IMG/VR virus record: IMGVR_UViG_3300005805_000096
Span: 1 to 59,377 of that record
Reading direction: 5' to 3' (one strand)
Origin: a virus
Lineage: Duplodnaviria > Caudoviricetes
DNA length: 59,377 bases
Below, in pieces: positions 24,465 to 34,920 of this stretch. The notes under the pieces were generated by a model. That model ran no database searches. It was not told the origin of the DNA and saw only the letters and a program-made list of their open reading frames with translations. The translations under genes and the position numbers were made by a program. The stretch's first letter is position 1. Each line of letters begins with the position of its first letter.

Positions 24465-26226
24465 TTACATCGGTACCGTATTCCGTAAAGCCGTTGGACT
24501 TAACCACGCTTAATACGTTATTAACCCTACCCGCTAGTTCGTCTTTGTGACTGACTAGCCAAACACTTCTACTACCTTCTCTGCTCATCTTCTTGAGAAT
24601 AGCTAGAGCATTTTCAACACCACTACTATCCATACCACTATCCACTAGCTCATCAATGAACAATAGATTAATTGGATGATATAAACTTTCCCAAACATCT
24701 CTAAATGCCCAGCTTAGACTCAATATCAATCTATTGCGCTCACCACGCGACAGATTATCAAAATCTAATCCTCTACCCAATTCTTCAATGCTTACAGTTA
24801 AATCGTTGAGGAATTTTACAGTATGTGGCAATCCAATCTTATCCAAATAATAGCTAAGCCTTGCGTTGAGATAGGATAGATTCTGATCAATAATCTTTTT
24901 ACGTATAAATGAATCCTTGTTAGTTAACAGTTTTAACAAGAATTCTTGATGTTCTTTGATTTTTGTTAGCTCATTGATAAGATCATAACTAATCTCTTCC
25001 AAAGCTCTATCCTGCATTTCTTTGATCTGTTCTGCATAAGGATCCACTTCGCTTTGTTTAGCAGTGAGTTGGGTTAAAACATTGGCCATACTACTGCGAT
25101 GTTCAAAGGCATCACTTTCTTGATCGTAAAATATTTTAGGCTTATCACCCAACACACCCAGTAAAGTTTTATCTGATTGCAGTTTTGTCAATAAATCAGT
25201 AAAAGAGCTAATTTCTAATTCTGCTTGACTTAATTCTTTTTTCTTTGTTTTTAAAACTTCTTTGTGTTTCTTATCGTGTAGATCCTGACCACAGGTATGA
25301 CATTTGTGATTTTCAATACTTGTGATTTCTAATTTTAGTTTATCTACGGTTTTTTCTGCTTTGGTAATATCTAGTTTAGCTCGTTTTATATGTGAATCAA
25401 TATCTGATATATCAGCGGCTAATTTGTTATATGCAGCTAATTTTTTATGAGCCTCTAATTCAGCTTCAATATCAATCTTAGCTAGTTCATCATAGGCTGC
25501 TTGGAGACTGTTGATATCACCATCTTTTTTGTTTTGCCAAAGAGTCTGCCTGCGAATCAAAGATTCTATCTGTTCCTTAATGCGCAGATTAGCGTCGCCC
25601 ACAGCTTTGATACGCATTTCTTCTTGGCTAATAGTATCTTTTGTGACTTTTGCTTGTTCCTTTAATTGCTCAGCTTTTTCACTCAATACGGTGATACCTA
25701 ACAATTGTTCAATAATTGTTCGTTGATCGTTAGCACGTAAGCTAAGGAATGGTTCAGTATATGTGTTTAGGGCAACGATATGTTTGAACATATCGTGACT
25801 CATATTCAGCAGTTTTTCAATCTCATGCTGTGTTTCTCTGCTGTCACCTTGACTATTATCGTCCTTGCTCTCTTGTTCTTGATCACCAATAAAAAATTTA
25901 AGTACATTGGGACGACGGCCACGTTCAATTCTATAATGTTGACTATTGTGTTCAAAGTCTATAGTAACCAACATATTTCTACTGTTGGTTCTATTAATCA
26001 AATTATCTTTTTTAATATTAGTAAGAGCTTGTCCAAACAGCCCATAACTTACCGCATTTAGAATAGCGGTTTTACCAACACCGTTCCTTGCTCCAGCATC
26101 GTCACCACCCAAGTCAAGATTTTCTCCCAATACTAGAGTTAGATCTCTGCGGTCAAAGTTAATGCCTTGTGTATTATTGCCTATGCTTAAAAAGTTTTTT
26201 GCCGTTACGGTTTTTATCTTTAACAT
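24454..26226 (-). CDS. gp46: Recombination exonuclease ATPase subunit (gp46/SbcC/Rad50)
   Basis: NGVGKT Walker A, CHTCGQ zinc hook, LSRGE signature, LFIDE Walker B, SH. Confidence 0.95.
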   Translation of the reverse strand: MLKIKTVTAKNFLSIGNNTQGINFDRRDLTLVLGENLDLGGDDAGARNGVGKTAILNAVSYGLFGQALTNIKKDNLINRTNSRNMLVTIDFEHNSQHYRIERGRRPNVLKFFIGDQEQESKDDNSQGDSRETQHEIEKLLNMSHDMFKHIVALNTYTEPFLSLRANDQRTIIEQLLGITVLSEKAEQLKEQAKVTKDTISQEEMRIKAVGDANLRIKEQIESLIRRQTLWQNKKDGDINSLQAAYDELAKIDIEAELEAHKKLAAYNKLAADISDIDSHIKRAKLDITKAEKTVDKLKLEITSIENHKCHTCGQDLHDKKHKEVLKTKKKELSQAELEISSFTDLLTKLQSDKTLLGVLGDKPKIFYDQESDAFEHRSSMANVLTQLTAKQSEVDPYAEQIKEMQDRALEEISYDLINELTKIKEHQEFLLKLLTNKDSFIRKKIIDQNLSYLNARLSYYLDKIGLPHTVKFLNDLTVSIEELGRGLDFDNLSRGERNRLILSLSWAFRDVWESLYHPINLLFIDELVDSGMDSSGVENALAILKKMSREGSRSVWLVSHKDELAGRVNNVLSVVKSNGFTEYGTDVNVS

Positions 26227-26256
26227 TGTTACCTATTAATTGTATTCTATATACTA

Positions 26257-27273
26257 CTATAGATGCCTATAAATGTCTAACAGTAGATTATTATCATAAT
26301 GTTCACTGGTAATCGCTGTGAGTTGGTTGGTTACTATTTGATCTACACTTTCAAACGCCACATTGCCCTGCATTTGAAACTGTTCTAAATCAGTATTTTT
26401 CTGTGGAATCAATGTGATCTCACGCAGTTTATATTGGCTAATATAAGTTTCTTTGATAAAGTTTGCTTCTTCATAGCTAATATCAATATCTAAATTAACT
26501 CTGACATGCATACCCTCCTGCAACATTGCATCAGAATTGTTTAGCACTGACCCCAAACCATAAACTCTATATCTTGGTTGATTAGGCCAACTGTAAAACA
26601 CAGGATCTTTGCCCCATTCTAAAACCATCATGCCTCTTTCATCATCAGCGGCATCGGCATAGTTATGTGGAAAGCAGTTACCTATATAGGTAATATTTTT
26701 GTATTCTTGTCGTTTATGGAAATGTCCAGTAAACACATGATCAAAATTTGAAAAATGTTCACGCTTCACTTCACCCACATCAGGCATCTGTACCATAGCA
26801 TTCATATAAAAATGTGGCAGTTCAAAATGGCCAAACATATATTTGCCTTTTAGCTTTTGAACTTTTTTATGATCATTACCAACTAACCACGGAGCAATAA
26901 CTACATCGCCCTCGCTAAACCAATCATTGCATATGGTTACGTTGTTAAGATGTTTTGCCCATGCAACACTTTGAATATCGCGTTTGTCTCTATAATAAAG
27001 ATCGTGGTTACCAGGAATAAAAAGCACTCTATCAAAATTTGCGTTGAGATGTTCTAAAGCCCGTAGACTATAGTCCAACGTTACTATATTGATGCTGGCT
27101 CGATTGTTATGCCAGTCACCCAAAAACAATGCGGTATCGCAGTTTTCTTCCTTAGCTTTAGCGGTGAACCAATGTATGAAGTTCAAACAATCGTCGTTGT
27201 GAATTTGACTATTGCTTTTCAATCCAAAATGTATGTCTGTACAGACTGCTGCTTTTTTAAATAAGTTGGTCAT
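26257..27273 (-). CDS. gp47: Recombination nuclease subunit (gp47/SbcD/Mre11)
   Basis: DIHFG, GDWH, GNHD, GHFE and GHFH metallophosphoesterase motifs. Confidence 0.95.
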   Translation of the reverse strand: MTNLFKKAAVCTDIHFGLKSNSQIHNDDCLNFIHWFTAKAKEENCDTALFLGDWHNNRASINIVTLDYSLRALEHLNANFDRVLFIPGNHDLYYRDKRDIQSVAWAKHLNNVTICNDWFSEGDVVIAPWLVGNDHKKVQKLKGKYMFGHFELPHFYMNAMVQMPDVGEVKREHFSNFDHVFTGHFHKRQEYKNITYIGNCFPHNYADAADDERGMMVLEWGKDPVFYSWPNQPRYRVYGLGSVLNNSDAMLQEGMHVRVNLDIDISYEEANFIKETYISQYKLREITLIPQKNTDLEQFQMQGNVAFESVDQIVTNQLTAITSEHYDNNLLLDIYRHL

Positions 27274-27280
27274 TGATTCT

Positions 27281-27308
27281 ATTATAGCGCCTTTGTGTAG
27301 AAATACAA
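27281..27308 (-). promoter_or_regulatory. Sigma70-like promoter 7 nt above the gp47 ATG
   Basis: TTGTAT, 16-nt spacer, TATAAT, AGAATCA, ATG; no SD. Confidence 0.55.
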
Positions 27309-27325
27309 GGTTTTGTTATTCGTTC

Positions 27326-28204
27326 TTATTCATCATGAAAATTGTGATCGCCTCCACCACGCAGACCTTGTCTAGTATAGCTTGGGGTAAGGTTGTTTAG
27401 TTCCAATATATCATCACGTAGATTTTGATTACGTTTTTCAATATTTAATACTCTAGTAAATGAGTTTGTAATAGCAGCGGTATAATATGCAAAGGGATTT
27501 TGACTCTTGCTTTCGTCAAACTGTAATCCAATCTGACTTAACTGTAATAATGCTTGGCTACGCATTTCATCGTTATAAGTATAGCCACGCCAATTACTAC
27601 GAGTAGCATAGCGCTCACACAATTTCATAAACATCAATGCTAGTTTTGGGGTCATAGTGCCGTGTTCTCTGCTAAACTTTCCAGTTTTAACCCCACCAAT
27701 CCAATGGCTTTTACCTATACATATTAGTTCATCTTTATCATCAAACTTATAATGTTGGAATGGAGGAAAGTTTACCTTGACATACTTGTTGTGTTTTGGG
27801 TCATCTTCATCGTACTCTGTATGCAGTGAATCTTCTTCTTCAAACAGTTCTTTAGCAGCAGCCTTAGCCTTTTTAGTTTTCACGTCATCCAACGGGATGT
27901 GTTCCCAAGTCATAACTCTAAATACAAGGTCTGTAACCGGTATTTTTGTGTGTTTGATCTCAAAGGACTCTAATTTCAATTTTTGAGTTCCGGCTTTGGC
28001 TTGGGCTTGTTCGTAAGCTATTCTGCTTAATCTTTCTGCTCTTGCTTTTTTGGCGGCAGATATATTTTTCTTATTGATCTTGCTTAGATCAGCTACGATC
28101 AAGTCGTAGTCTGCGAATTCTGGTTTTTTAAAACTGCAATAACTGCTTTTGCTTTTGTGGATCTCCTTAAGGATATCTCGGTTGTTTAGGTAATTGTGTT
28201 TAAT
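27326..28204 (-). CDS. gp55: Late transcription sigma factor (gp55-like), probable AUU start
   Basis: NW.GYTY.DEM…F…KS.NPFAY.T….NSF motif. The frame is open upstream of the track start through NYLNNRDIL.EI; GGGAG SD lies 7 nt before ATT at 28204. Confidence 0.85.
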   Translation of the reverse strand: MKHNYLNNRDILKEIHKSKSSYCSFKKPEFADYDLIVADLSKINKKNISAAKKARAERLSRIAYEQAQAKAGTQKLKLESFEIKHTKIPVTDLVFRVMTWEHIPLDDVKTKKAKAAAKELFEEEDSLHTEYDEDDPKHNKYVKVNFPPFQHYKFDDKDELICIGKSHWIGGVKTGKFSREHGTMTPKLALMFMKLCERYATRSNWRGYTYNDEMRSQALLQLSQIGLQFDESKSQNPFAYYTAAITNSFTRVLNIEKRNQNLRDDILELNNLTPSYTRQGLRGGGDHNFHDE

Positions 28205-28231
28205 TTTAAATCTCCCTATAAAGGTAAGTGA

Positions 28232-28261
28232 ATACTAACAGATTTCAATGGACTAAGTCAA
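28232..28261 (-). promoter_or_regulatory. Sigma70-type promoter for gp55
   Basis: TTGACT, 18-nt spacer, extended -10 TGtTAGTAT. Confidence 0.6.
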
Positions 28262-28318
28262 GTGTTAAATTATATGATACTTTTTTAAAACCCATAAATA
28301 TTTACACAGGAAATAACT

Positions 28319-29209
28319 ATGTCAATTAATACCAGTCCTTCATTTAACAGTGATAATTACTCCAGCATAAATCCAAGCGCAACCACCGCCGGCATTCTGC
28401 AACCACAAGCCGCCAATAATGCTGATCCTGCTAGTTCAAGACTAAGTGCTAGCGGGTTAGTTGCGGGTGCGGTAAGCCAGTTTCAAAAGTTTGGTGGCAG
28501 AGTATTTAACTTTAATTTCACCAATCAAAACGGTGCAGCCATAGATTCAGCTGATGATTGGCGGGTACGGATCAGTATGCAGCCTGCTACTGCCGCATAT
28601 TTCTATAATGCCAGTAATATGGTAACAAAACCGTTGGTAGAAACCAAAGGTGTAATATTTCCATATACGCCGCAAGTACAGGTTATTCATTCAGCAAAAT
28701 ATGGAAGTCAGCCCTTAACACATAGTAACTACCCTGCATATTTCTATGATTACAGTGAGGTACAAGCAATCACTATATCTGGGGAGTTCACTGTACAAAA
28801 TGCTAAAGAAGGTCAATATTTGATGGCAGCTATACATTTTTTCCGTAGCTGTACTAAAATGTTTTATGGCAATGAAGCATTAGCTGGTACACCACCACCA
28901 ATGGTATTTTTAGATGGCTATGGTAGTAGTTACTTTCCGCATGTGCCTTGTGTGTTACAACAGTTTACACATACTATGGGTGCTGATGTTGATTATATTG
29001 AAGTGCCTATAGGTGTTGATGTAACACAGGGCCCAGTGAATACTAATCTAGTAGGGATAAAAACTAGATTGCCAACCACCAGTAATATTTCAATTCAACT
29101 ACAACCTGTTTACAGTAGAACAAACATTGCTGATAACTTTACGTTGACTGATTATGCACAAGGGTTCCTAACACAGAATTTCACAGCCCCATCTGGAGGG
29201 TTCTTATAA
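28319..29209 (+). CDS. Baseplate/tail-tube initiator-like protein (gp48/gp54-like)
   Basis: GVIFPYTP, F.RS.TKMFYG…G.PPP…L.GYG…VP.V; precedes a gp53-like gene; TAAATA at 28295-28300. Confidence 0.65.
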   Translation: MSINTSPSFNSDNYSSINPSATTAGILQPQAANNADPASSRLSASGLVAGAVSQFQKFGGRVFNFNFTNQNGAAIDSADDWRVRISMQPATAAYFYNASNMVTKPLVETKGVIFPYTPQVQVIHSAKYGSQPLTHSNYPAYFYDYSEVQAITISGEFTVQNAKEGQYLMAAIHFFRSCTKMFYGNEALAGTPPPMVFLDGYGSSYFPHVPCVLQQFTHTMGADVDYIEVPIGVDVTQGPVNTNLVGIKTRLPTTSNISIQLQPVYSRTNIADNFTLTDYAQGFLTQNFTAPSGGFL

Positions 29210-29511
29210 TGTCAAAAGTTCAATATGAACCTACCAGCCCATATTATAAAACAGGGTTGTATGGTAATTTTTTAGATATTGCGACCTTGCCAGTTTTACC
29301 TAAGAAACCAGATGATATCTTATTTGTTGTTAACAAGATATATCAGTTTAGGCCTGATTTGCTTAGTAATGACCTTTATGGTGATTCTGGGTATTGGTGG
29401 GTGTTTGCCGTTAGGAATCCCAATGTGATACAAGACCCAGTATTTGACATGAAATTAGGGGTTCAAATTTATTTGCCTAAAAAAGACACCTTAACTAACT
29501 TAAACTTTTAA
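29209..29511 (+). CDS. gp53: Baseplate wedge protein (gp53/LysM-like)
   Basis: RPDLLS.DLYG…WWVF..RN…DP.FD…G..IYLP. Confidence 0.8.
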   Translation: MSKVQYEPTSPYYKTGLYGNFLDIATLPVLPKKPDDILFVVNKIYQFRPDLLSNDLYGDSGYWWVFAVRNPNVIQDPVFDMKLGVQIYLPKKDTLTNLNF

Positions 29512-29523
29512 AGTAGGATTAGA

Positions 29524-32500
29524 ATGGCCGCATATCAATTTTCAGATCTTACACCAGAACAGTTAGCTTATTTGAGGGCAAGTATCAACCAAATTAAACC
29601 AGCTAGTGGTGGTCCGCCCTTGCGTGATAGAGTATTCACATCAGCTGAATCTTTCAATAGTCTGCCAGAAAATAAAAGACGGCAATTGTTTCAAGATCTA
29701 CAGCGTCCAGATACCCAGCGAGCGGTTGCAGAATTCGCTAATAAAAATTATGCCAGTAAACCACCAAGTGAATTACCTGCCAGCACTCAACCTGCAGGAA
29801 CAGTAACCCCCGCAGAACAGCAAACTGCCAAACAAGATGAGCGTGGAGAGGGCGGTGACGGTACTACTAATACGCCAAGTACCAATCCAGTTATAACAAT
29901 GACCCCCGGGGAGTATCAAAAATATGAGGCAGAAAATGATTTAGAAACATTAAGGCAACAACAAGAAGAAAGATTAAAGTCAATATACGGCGATGAATTT
30001 TTAGCTCAAGAACGTGATCGCCAGTCTAATCCTGATATGGCGAGGTTAGACGTAATTGGTGGCGATAGGATTGAATTAAAAGGTGCATCAACAACCACTA
30101 ATTTTGAAAATAGAAAACAATATGTAACCAATAATCCTCTGCATGATTATGATGATTATACCTATAATATTAGTTTACATACTATTGATATTCAAAACTT
30201 TAATGCTATAATTGAAAATCCTGAAATTGAATATAGACCAGCATCTAACATAGGTGGTAATTTAAAGGGTACAGTTTTGATCGCCGGTGGCGGCAGGAGA
30301 GGTAGTAATTTTCAAAGAAATGATTTTTGGAACGAAGATTTCTTTTTTGATAACCTACGTATAACCACAGGTATAAACACCACCGCACTTAACCCATATT
30401 CAAATGTGATTAATTTAAGTTTTAGTGTTATAGAGCCAAACAGTTTTACGTTAATTGATAGATTAATTGCAGCAGTGGATCAAGTGGGTGGTCAAAATTA
30501 TCTTCTTCACCCTTATATATTACAGATAGATTTTTATGGTTATAAAGATGGCATAGTAAGTTCTGGACCAATAAAGTCGTTGAGTAAAATATTACCTATT
30601 AAAATATTACGGATCAACAGTAAAAATACACAAAAAGGTGTTGATTATACTTTTGATGCAGTCGCTTTTAACCACCAAGCATTTAATGAGGTTAACGTAT
30701 TAAGTCCAGCCAATTTTACGGTAAGAGCAAAAACTGTACAGGATTTATTTGGTAGAGGATTTAATAACTCTATCAAGTTAGTTGACCCAATAAGAGAAGA
30801 TGCTCAACAAGATCAAAGAGAACGCAATAGAAGTCAAACCCAGGCTACTAGTAGTATAAACAATAACCGTGTATGGGTAAACGGGTATGATCTTAATGAT
30901 AATAAAAACGTAACATCCCTAAGCGATATACCGCAGCCAACCTATGCAGTATCCAGTTTTTGTGATGGTTACAACAGTTTTTACAATAACCTCATAAACA
31001 ATAAATGTTTTAACTATACGAATGTCGCAGTTACTCAAATTGCAGTTGAATTTCACGAAAGTATTGGCAAGGAAAATTTAATTCCTAGTGCAGGACCACA
31101 AACGGTTAATCAAGCTGCCCCCGCAGGAAATGTCGCCAATGCAAAAACAGCAGCGCAGCAAGCAGGTGGTGCTGCAAAAAATGAAATTAATTTTGATGGG
31201 TCTATCGTTGCTATACCCGCTAATACTAGAATAGATAAATTGATTGAATGGGCATTTAGAAACAGTGAATATTATAGAAAATATAACGACAAATATAATT
31301 CAGAGGCACAAGGCAAAACTAGTACAGATCAACTACAATCCCCTTTAAAATTGTATAAGGTTGTACCAAAGATAAAAATTCTTGGCTATGATAATAAAAG
31401 TCAGCGTTATGCGTTAAAAATAACGTATTTTGTAAAACCCTATATTATGTCTGGCAATTCAGCACAAGCACCGTTGGGTAGACAACCAGGTTGGGTTAAA
31501 GAATATAATTGGATCTTTACTGGTGGGCAGGATGTCAACACTGGCCAAAATCTAAGCAATAAAGATGTAATTAATTTAGACATTGAGTTGAATGCGTTAT
31601 ATTTCCAAGCTGTCACTGTTTTTAAAGCTTCTAACAATATGACAGAAACAGCTAAAAATATATGTGAACCAATAATGCCATTTATTGATGACGGTGCCCC
31701 AGCTAAGCCGTTGCCACCATCAGTACAAGGTGAAAATCAACCCATACCATGGAGTAAAATAACTCCAATATCACAAAAATTTGTAACTGGCGATATAAGA
31801 AAAATTAACCGGAACGGATATGGTTCAGCATCGGCAGTTGGGGCGTCTGATACTATTGGTGCGCTGACTAACAGCGCAGAAATGTTAGCAGTAAATCTAA
31901 AAATATTGGGTGATCCAGAATTTATTAAACAGGACGATATTTTTTATGGTCAAAATGCAGCTATCCAAACCACACAGTTTACCCCCAATGGTAGTTTGTG
32001 GATGGATAACAGTGAACTTTATATTTGGTTAAACTTTGAAAGTCCAATAGACTATGACGAGTCAACCGGGTTGGCCATACCACAACGGGGATATTTTAAC
32101 AGCTTTAGTGGCGTATATAAATTATTACTAGTTGAAAATATATTTTCAAAAGGTAAATTTACACAAGAACTTCGATTGACAAGATTAGCAATCGATGACC
32201 AAGCAAGAATGCTAAAATTAAGGTCTATACAAAGAGCTGACACCTATGTTGATAGAGGGTTAGGACAGATAACTCCACTTGCACCTGTTAGGTTCAGCGG
32301 TAGTGTGGCGAATCTAGCACAGGTAGGTCAACAAGGTTTAACTAACGTAACTGCGGCGTTACAGCAGGCCGCAGCATTACCTGGCAGTGTAGCTAATAGA
32401 CTAGCGTCAGCAGCGATTGGCACTGCAACCAACGCTATCACAGGTGCGATAACAAAGTCAGTTACTGACCCATTGATCAAAGCTGGAAAAGAAGCGTTAG

Positions 32501-32772
32501 ACAGCGTTTTAGGCTCTGGAACATTGGTAGATGCGTTTGACCCAACATCAATTTTACAAGGGGATGTCTTAACTCAAGTTACAGCGGAACTCAACCCTAC
32601 TGAATGGCTAAATCAAGATCTATTAACAGAAATTGGTTTTGATAGCTTAGATGTTGGTAGTGAGTTGGCCACTGAACTAGCTAGCGACGTGACTGAATTC
32701 GCAGGTGATGCTCTTGAGGGGTTAGCTGATGTAGGCGAAGAAATATTTGATTTTGTGAGCAGTTTCTTTTAA
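29524..32772 (+). CDS. Baseplate hub protein (gp27-like, large)
   Basis: L.I.GDP.FI and FSGVYK…VE..FS.G.FTQ.L…R motifs; located between gp53 and gp5. Confidence 0.6.
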   Translation: MAAYQFSDLTPEQLAYLRASINQIKPASGGPPLRDRVFTSAESFNSLPENKRRQLFQDLQRPDTQRAVAEFANKNYASKPPSELPASTQPAGTVTPAEQQTAKQDERGEGGDGTTNTPSTNPVITMTPGEYQKYEAENDLETLRQQQEERLKSIYGDEFLAQERDRQSNPDMARLDVIGGDRIELKGASTTTNFENRKQYVTNNPLHDYDDYTYNISLHTIDIQNFNAIIENPEIEYRPASNIGGNLKGTVLIAGGGRRGSNFQRNDFWNEDFFFDNLRITTGINTTALNPYSNVINLSFSVIEPNSFTLIDRLIAAVDQVGGQNYLLHPYILQIDFYGYKDGIVSSGPIKSLSKILPIKILRINSKNTQKGVDYTFDAVAFNHQAFNEVNVLSPANFTVRAKTVQDLFGRGFNNSIKLVDPIREDAQQDQRERNRSQTQATSSINNNRVWVNGYDLNDNKNVTSLSDIPQPTYAVSSFCDGYNSFYNNLINNKCFNYTNVAVTQIAVEFHESIGKENLIPSAGPQTVNQAAPAGNVANAKTAAQQAGGAAKNEINFDGSIVAIPANTRIDKLIEWAFRNSEYYRKYNDKYNSEAQGKTSTDQLQSPLKLYKVVPKIKILGYDNKSQRYALKITYFVKPYIMSGNSAQAPLGRQPGWVKEYNWIFTGGQDVNTGQNLSNKDVINLDIELNALYFQAVTVFKASNNMTETAKNICEPIMPFIDDGAPAKPLPPSVQGENQPIPWSKITPISQKFVTGDIRKINRNGYGSASAVGASDTIGALTNSAEMLAVNLKILGDPEFIKQDDIFYGQNAAIQTTQFTPNGSLWMDNSELYIWLNFESPIDYDESTGLAIPQRGYFNSFSGVYKLLLVENIFSKGKFTQELRLTRLAIDDQARMLKLRSIQRADTYVDRGLGQITPLAPVRFSGSVANLAQVGQQGLTNVTAALQQAAALPGSVANRLASAAIGTATNAITGAITKSVTDPLIKAGKEALDSVLGSGTLVDAFDPTSILQGDVLTQVTAELNPTEWLNQDLLTEIGFDSLDVGSELATELASDVTEFAGDALEGLADVGEEIFDFVSSFF

Positions 32773-32785
32773 CGGATTAATCTAA

Positions 32786-34900
32786 ATGACAATTCAAAGA
32801 TCATACATGGGTTCTAAATTACCCAAATCAATTGATGAAACAAGGGCAGAGTTTCCTCTTAATACTGGTATCTATAAAGGCGTGGTCAAAGCATTAGATA
32901 CTAGTTCTCGTAACGGAAGAATTTTTGTCTATATCCCATCATTTGGTGGTGATGATCCTGACATTGATTTATACTGGACACCAGTAACCTATGCTAGCCC
33001 ATTTGGCGGTGCAACCTTAGGTCAAAACCCAGGCGCTCCCCCAAATCAAAAAAATTCATTTACAAGTACAAAACAAAGTTATGGTTGGTTTACTAGCCCA
33101 CCAGACATTGGTAGTATAGTTTTATGTTGTTTTCCTGATGGTGTTCGATTGGAAGGATTTTGGTTTGCAAGTGTAGATCCCAATCTCAGTAGATATATGA
33201 CACCTGCAATAGGGGCAGTTCCTGTAGATAAAATTGACGCTGAAAGTGTACCCCCAAACATACAACCATTGCTAAGACCAGGCGCAAATTATCCTGTGAG
33301 CGAGTTTAATGAAAATGTTAAAAGAGTTTTTAACAGTGATTGGCCCAACAATCTTAAACCACTGCATATTCCGCAAACACTAAATTTATTGCGTCAAGGC
33401 CTTGATGAAGATAAGGACAGAGGTGCTATATCAAGCAGTATGCAGCGCGACCCTGTTAGTGCAGTTTATGGATTTAGCACCCCAGGCAGACCTTATCAAA
33501 GTCAGGATCCAGCTAATGACAAAAACCTAGCAGAAAAGTTACGTACCGGAGATTTTGATCCTAAACAATGGGAAGTTACTACTAGAGTTGGTGGTCATTC
33601 ATTAGTAATGGATGATGGAAATATTTTTAATGATAACAATTTAGTAAGATTAAAAACCAGTGCTGGCCATCAAATTTTGATGAATGACAGCAAAGGTTTT
33701 ATGTATATTAGTACAGCATCGGGCAATAATTGGATAGAATTAACAGCAAGAGGTGATCTTCTAATTTACAACCGCGGCGATATGGTAGTTCGTTCACAAG
33801 GGGATATCAGTCTACATAGTAATAAAAATATTAATTTTTATGCTAATAATAGAATTAATATGTCTTCTGGCAATACAATTGCTATTGAATCTAATAGAAT
33901 CACCGCAAAAGCAACCACACAATTAAATCTATTTGGTAAAGATGCACAAATAAGTGGTTCTAGTTCGTTGAACGTTATTAGCCGAGGTAGGATGGCGATA
34001 AAAGCTACTGCGAAAATGAGTATTGATGCAAGGTTAATTGATATGAATGGCAGCGGATCTAGCTCTGCTCCCTTGCCTACCCCAAGTAGTTTGAAAAAAT
34101 TTACCTCAAGAGATACATCTTTTACTGGTGGCAAATGGGAAGCAAATAAAACACTAGAAAGTATTATTGCTAACGTTCCTTCTCATGAACCTTATGCTAG
34201 AAGAACTATTAGTACAACATCGATATCATCAACGGCAACCCCATCAGTAACAACTACCTCTCCATCTCTAGTAGGTAAAATTGATCCATTTATAACTGAA
34301 GGACAGGCAAATGCTGCGGCTTTTATAAGTCAAGGAAAATTACAACCGCCTAATCCAATTGGGCCATTGAGTTCTGACGAGGTAGCGGCTCTTTTTGCAC
34401 AGATTGGTTTTGCAGAAAGTGTCGGCAGTGGCGGATACGCCGCAGTTTCTAAAAGTGGGTTAGCCTTAGGCAAATATCAATTTACTCCTATAGGATTAAA
34501 AGATGTTAGTTACTTAAAGGATGGAACCCCATTAACAGCAGAGGCATTGAATAATCCTAATAATTGGCGAACCGATGCAATTGGAAGCAAGCAAGCCTTT
34601 TTAACTAATCAAGAAGCACAGGAAACGGCTATGGCTACGTTAACCGCTAAGAACTACCAACGCCTAGTTAATGCTAAGGTTATTACAAGTTCTACCCCTA
34701 AAGAAGAAATTGCAGGATACTTAGCAGCCGCCCATTTGTTGGGCAACGGTGATACAATAAATTGGGCCTTTGGCAGACCAGCGTCATCTTCTAGAGGATT
34801 CTATGATGGAAACGGTACCTATATAGGTAAATGGTTTAATTTAGGCAAATACAGTCAAGAACAAGTAGGACAAGTAACAAAGGCTAGGGGGATAACCTAA
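32786..34900 (+). CDS. gp5: Baseplate central spike (gp5/VgrG-like) with C-terminal lysozyme-like domain
   Basis: OB-fold GRI.VYIP…PPDIGS.V; GHSLVMDD/GHQILMND beta-helix repeats; C-terminal AES…Y…LGKYQF…AAHLLG. Confidence 0.8.
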   Translation: MTIQRSYMGSKLPKSIDETRAEFPLNTGIYKGVVKALDTSSRNGRIFVYIPSFGGDDPDIDLYWTPVTYASPFGGATLGQNPGAPPNQKNSFTSTKQSYGWFTSPPDIGSIVLCCFPDGVRLEGFWFASVDPNLSRYMTPAIGAVPVDKIDAESVPPNIQPLLRPGANYPVSEFNENVKRVFNSDWPNNLKPLHIPQTLNLLRQGLDEDKDRGAISSSMQRDPVSAVYGFSTPGRPYQSQDPANDKNLAEKLRTGDFDPKQWEVTTRVGGHSLVMDDGNIFNDNNLVRLKTSAGHQILMNDSKGFMYISTASGNNWIELTARGDLLIYNRGDMVVRSQGDISLHSNKNINFYANNRINMSSGNTIAIESNRITAKATTQLNLFGKDAQISGSSSLNVISRGRMAIKATAKMSIDARLIDMNGSGSSSAPLPTPSSLKKFTSRDTSFTGGKWEANKTLESIIANVPSHEPYARRTISTTSISSTATPSVTTTSPSLVGKIDPFITEGQANAAAFISQGKLQPPNPIGPLSSDEVAALFAQIGFAESVGSGGYAAVSKSGLALGKYQFTPIGLKDVSYLKDGTPLTAEALNNPNNWRTDAIGSKQAFLTNQEAQETAMATLTAKNYQRLVNAKVITSSTPKEEIAGYLAAAHLLGNGDTINWAFGRPASSSRGFYDGNGTYIGKWFNLGKYSQEQVGQVTKARGIT

Positions 34901-34920
34901 CATGTTAGGTAAATATAATT

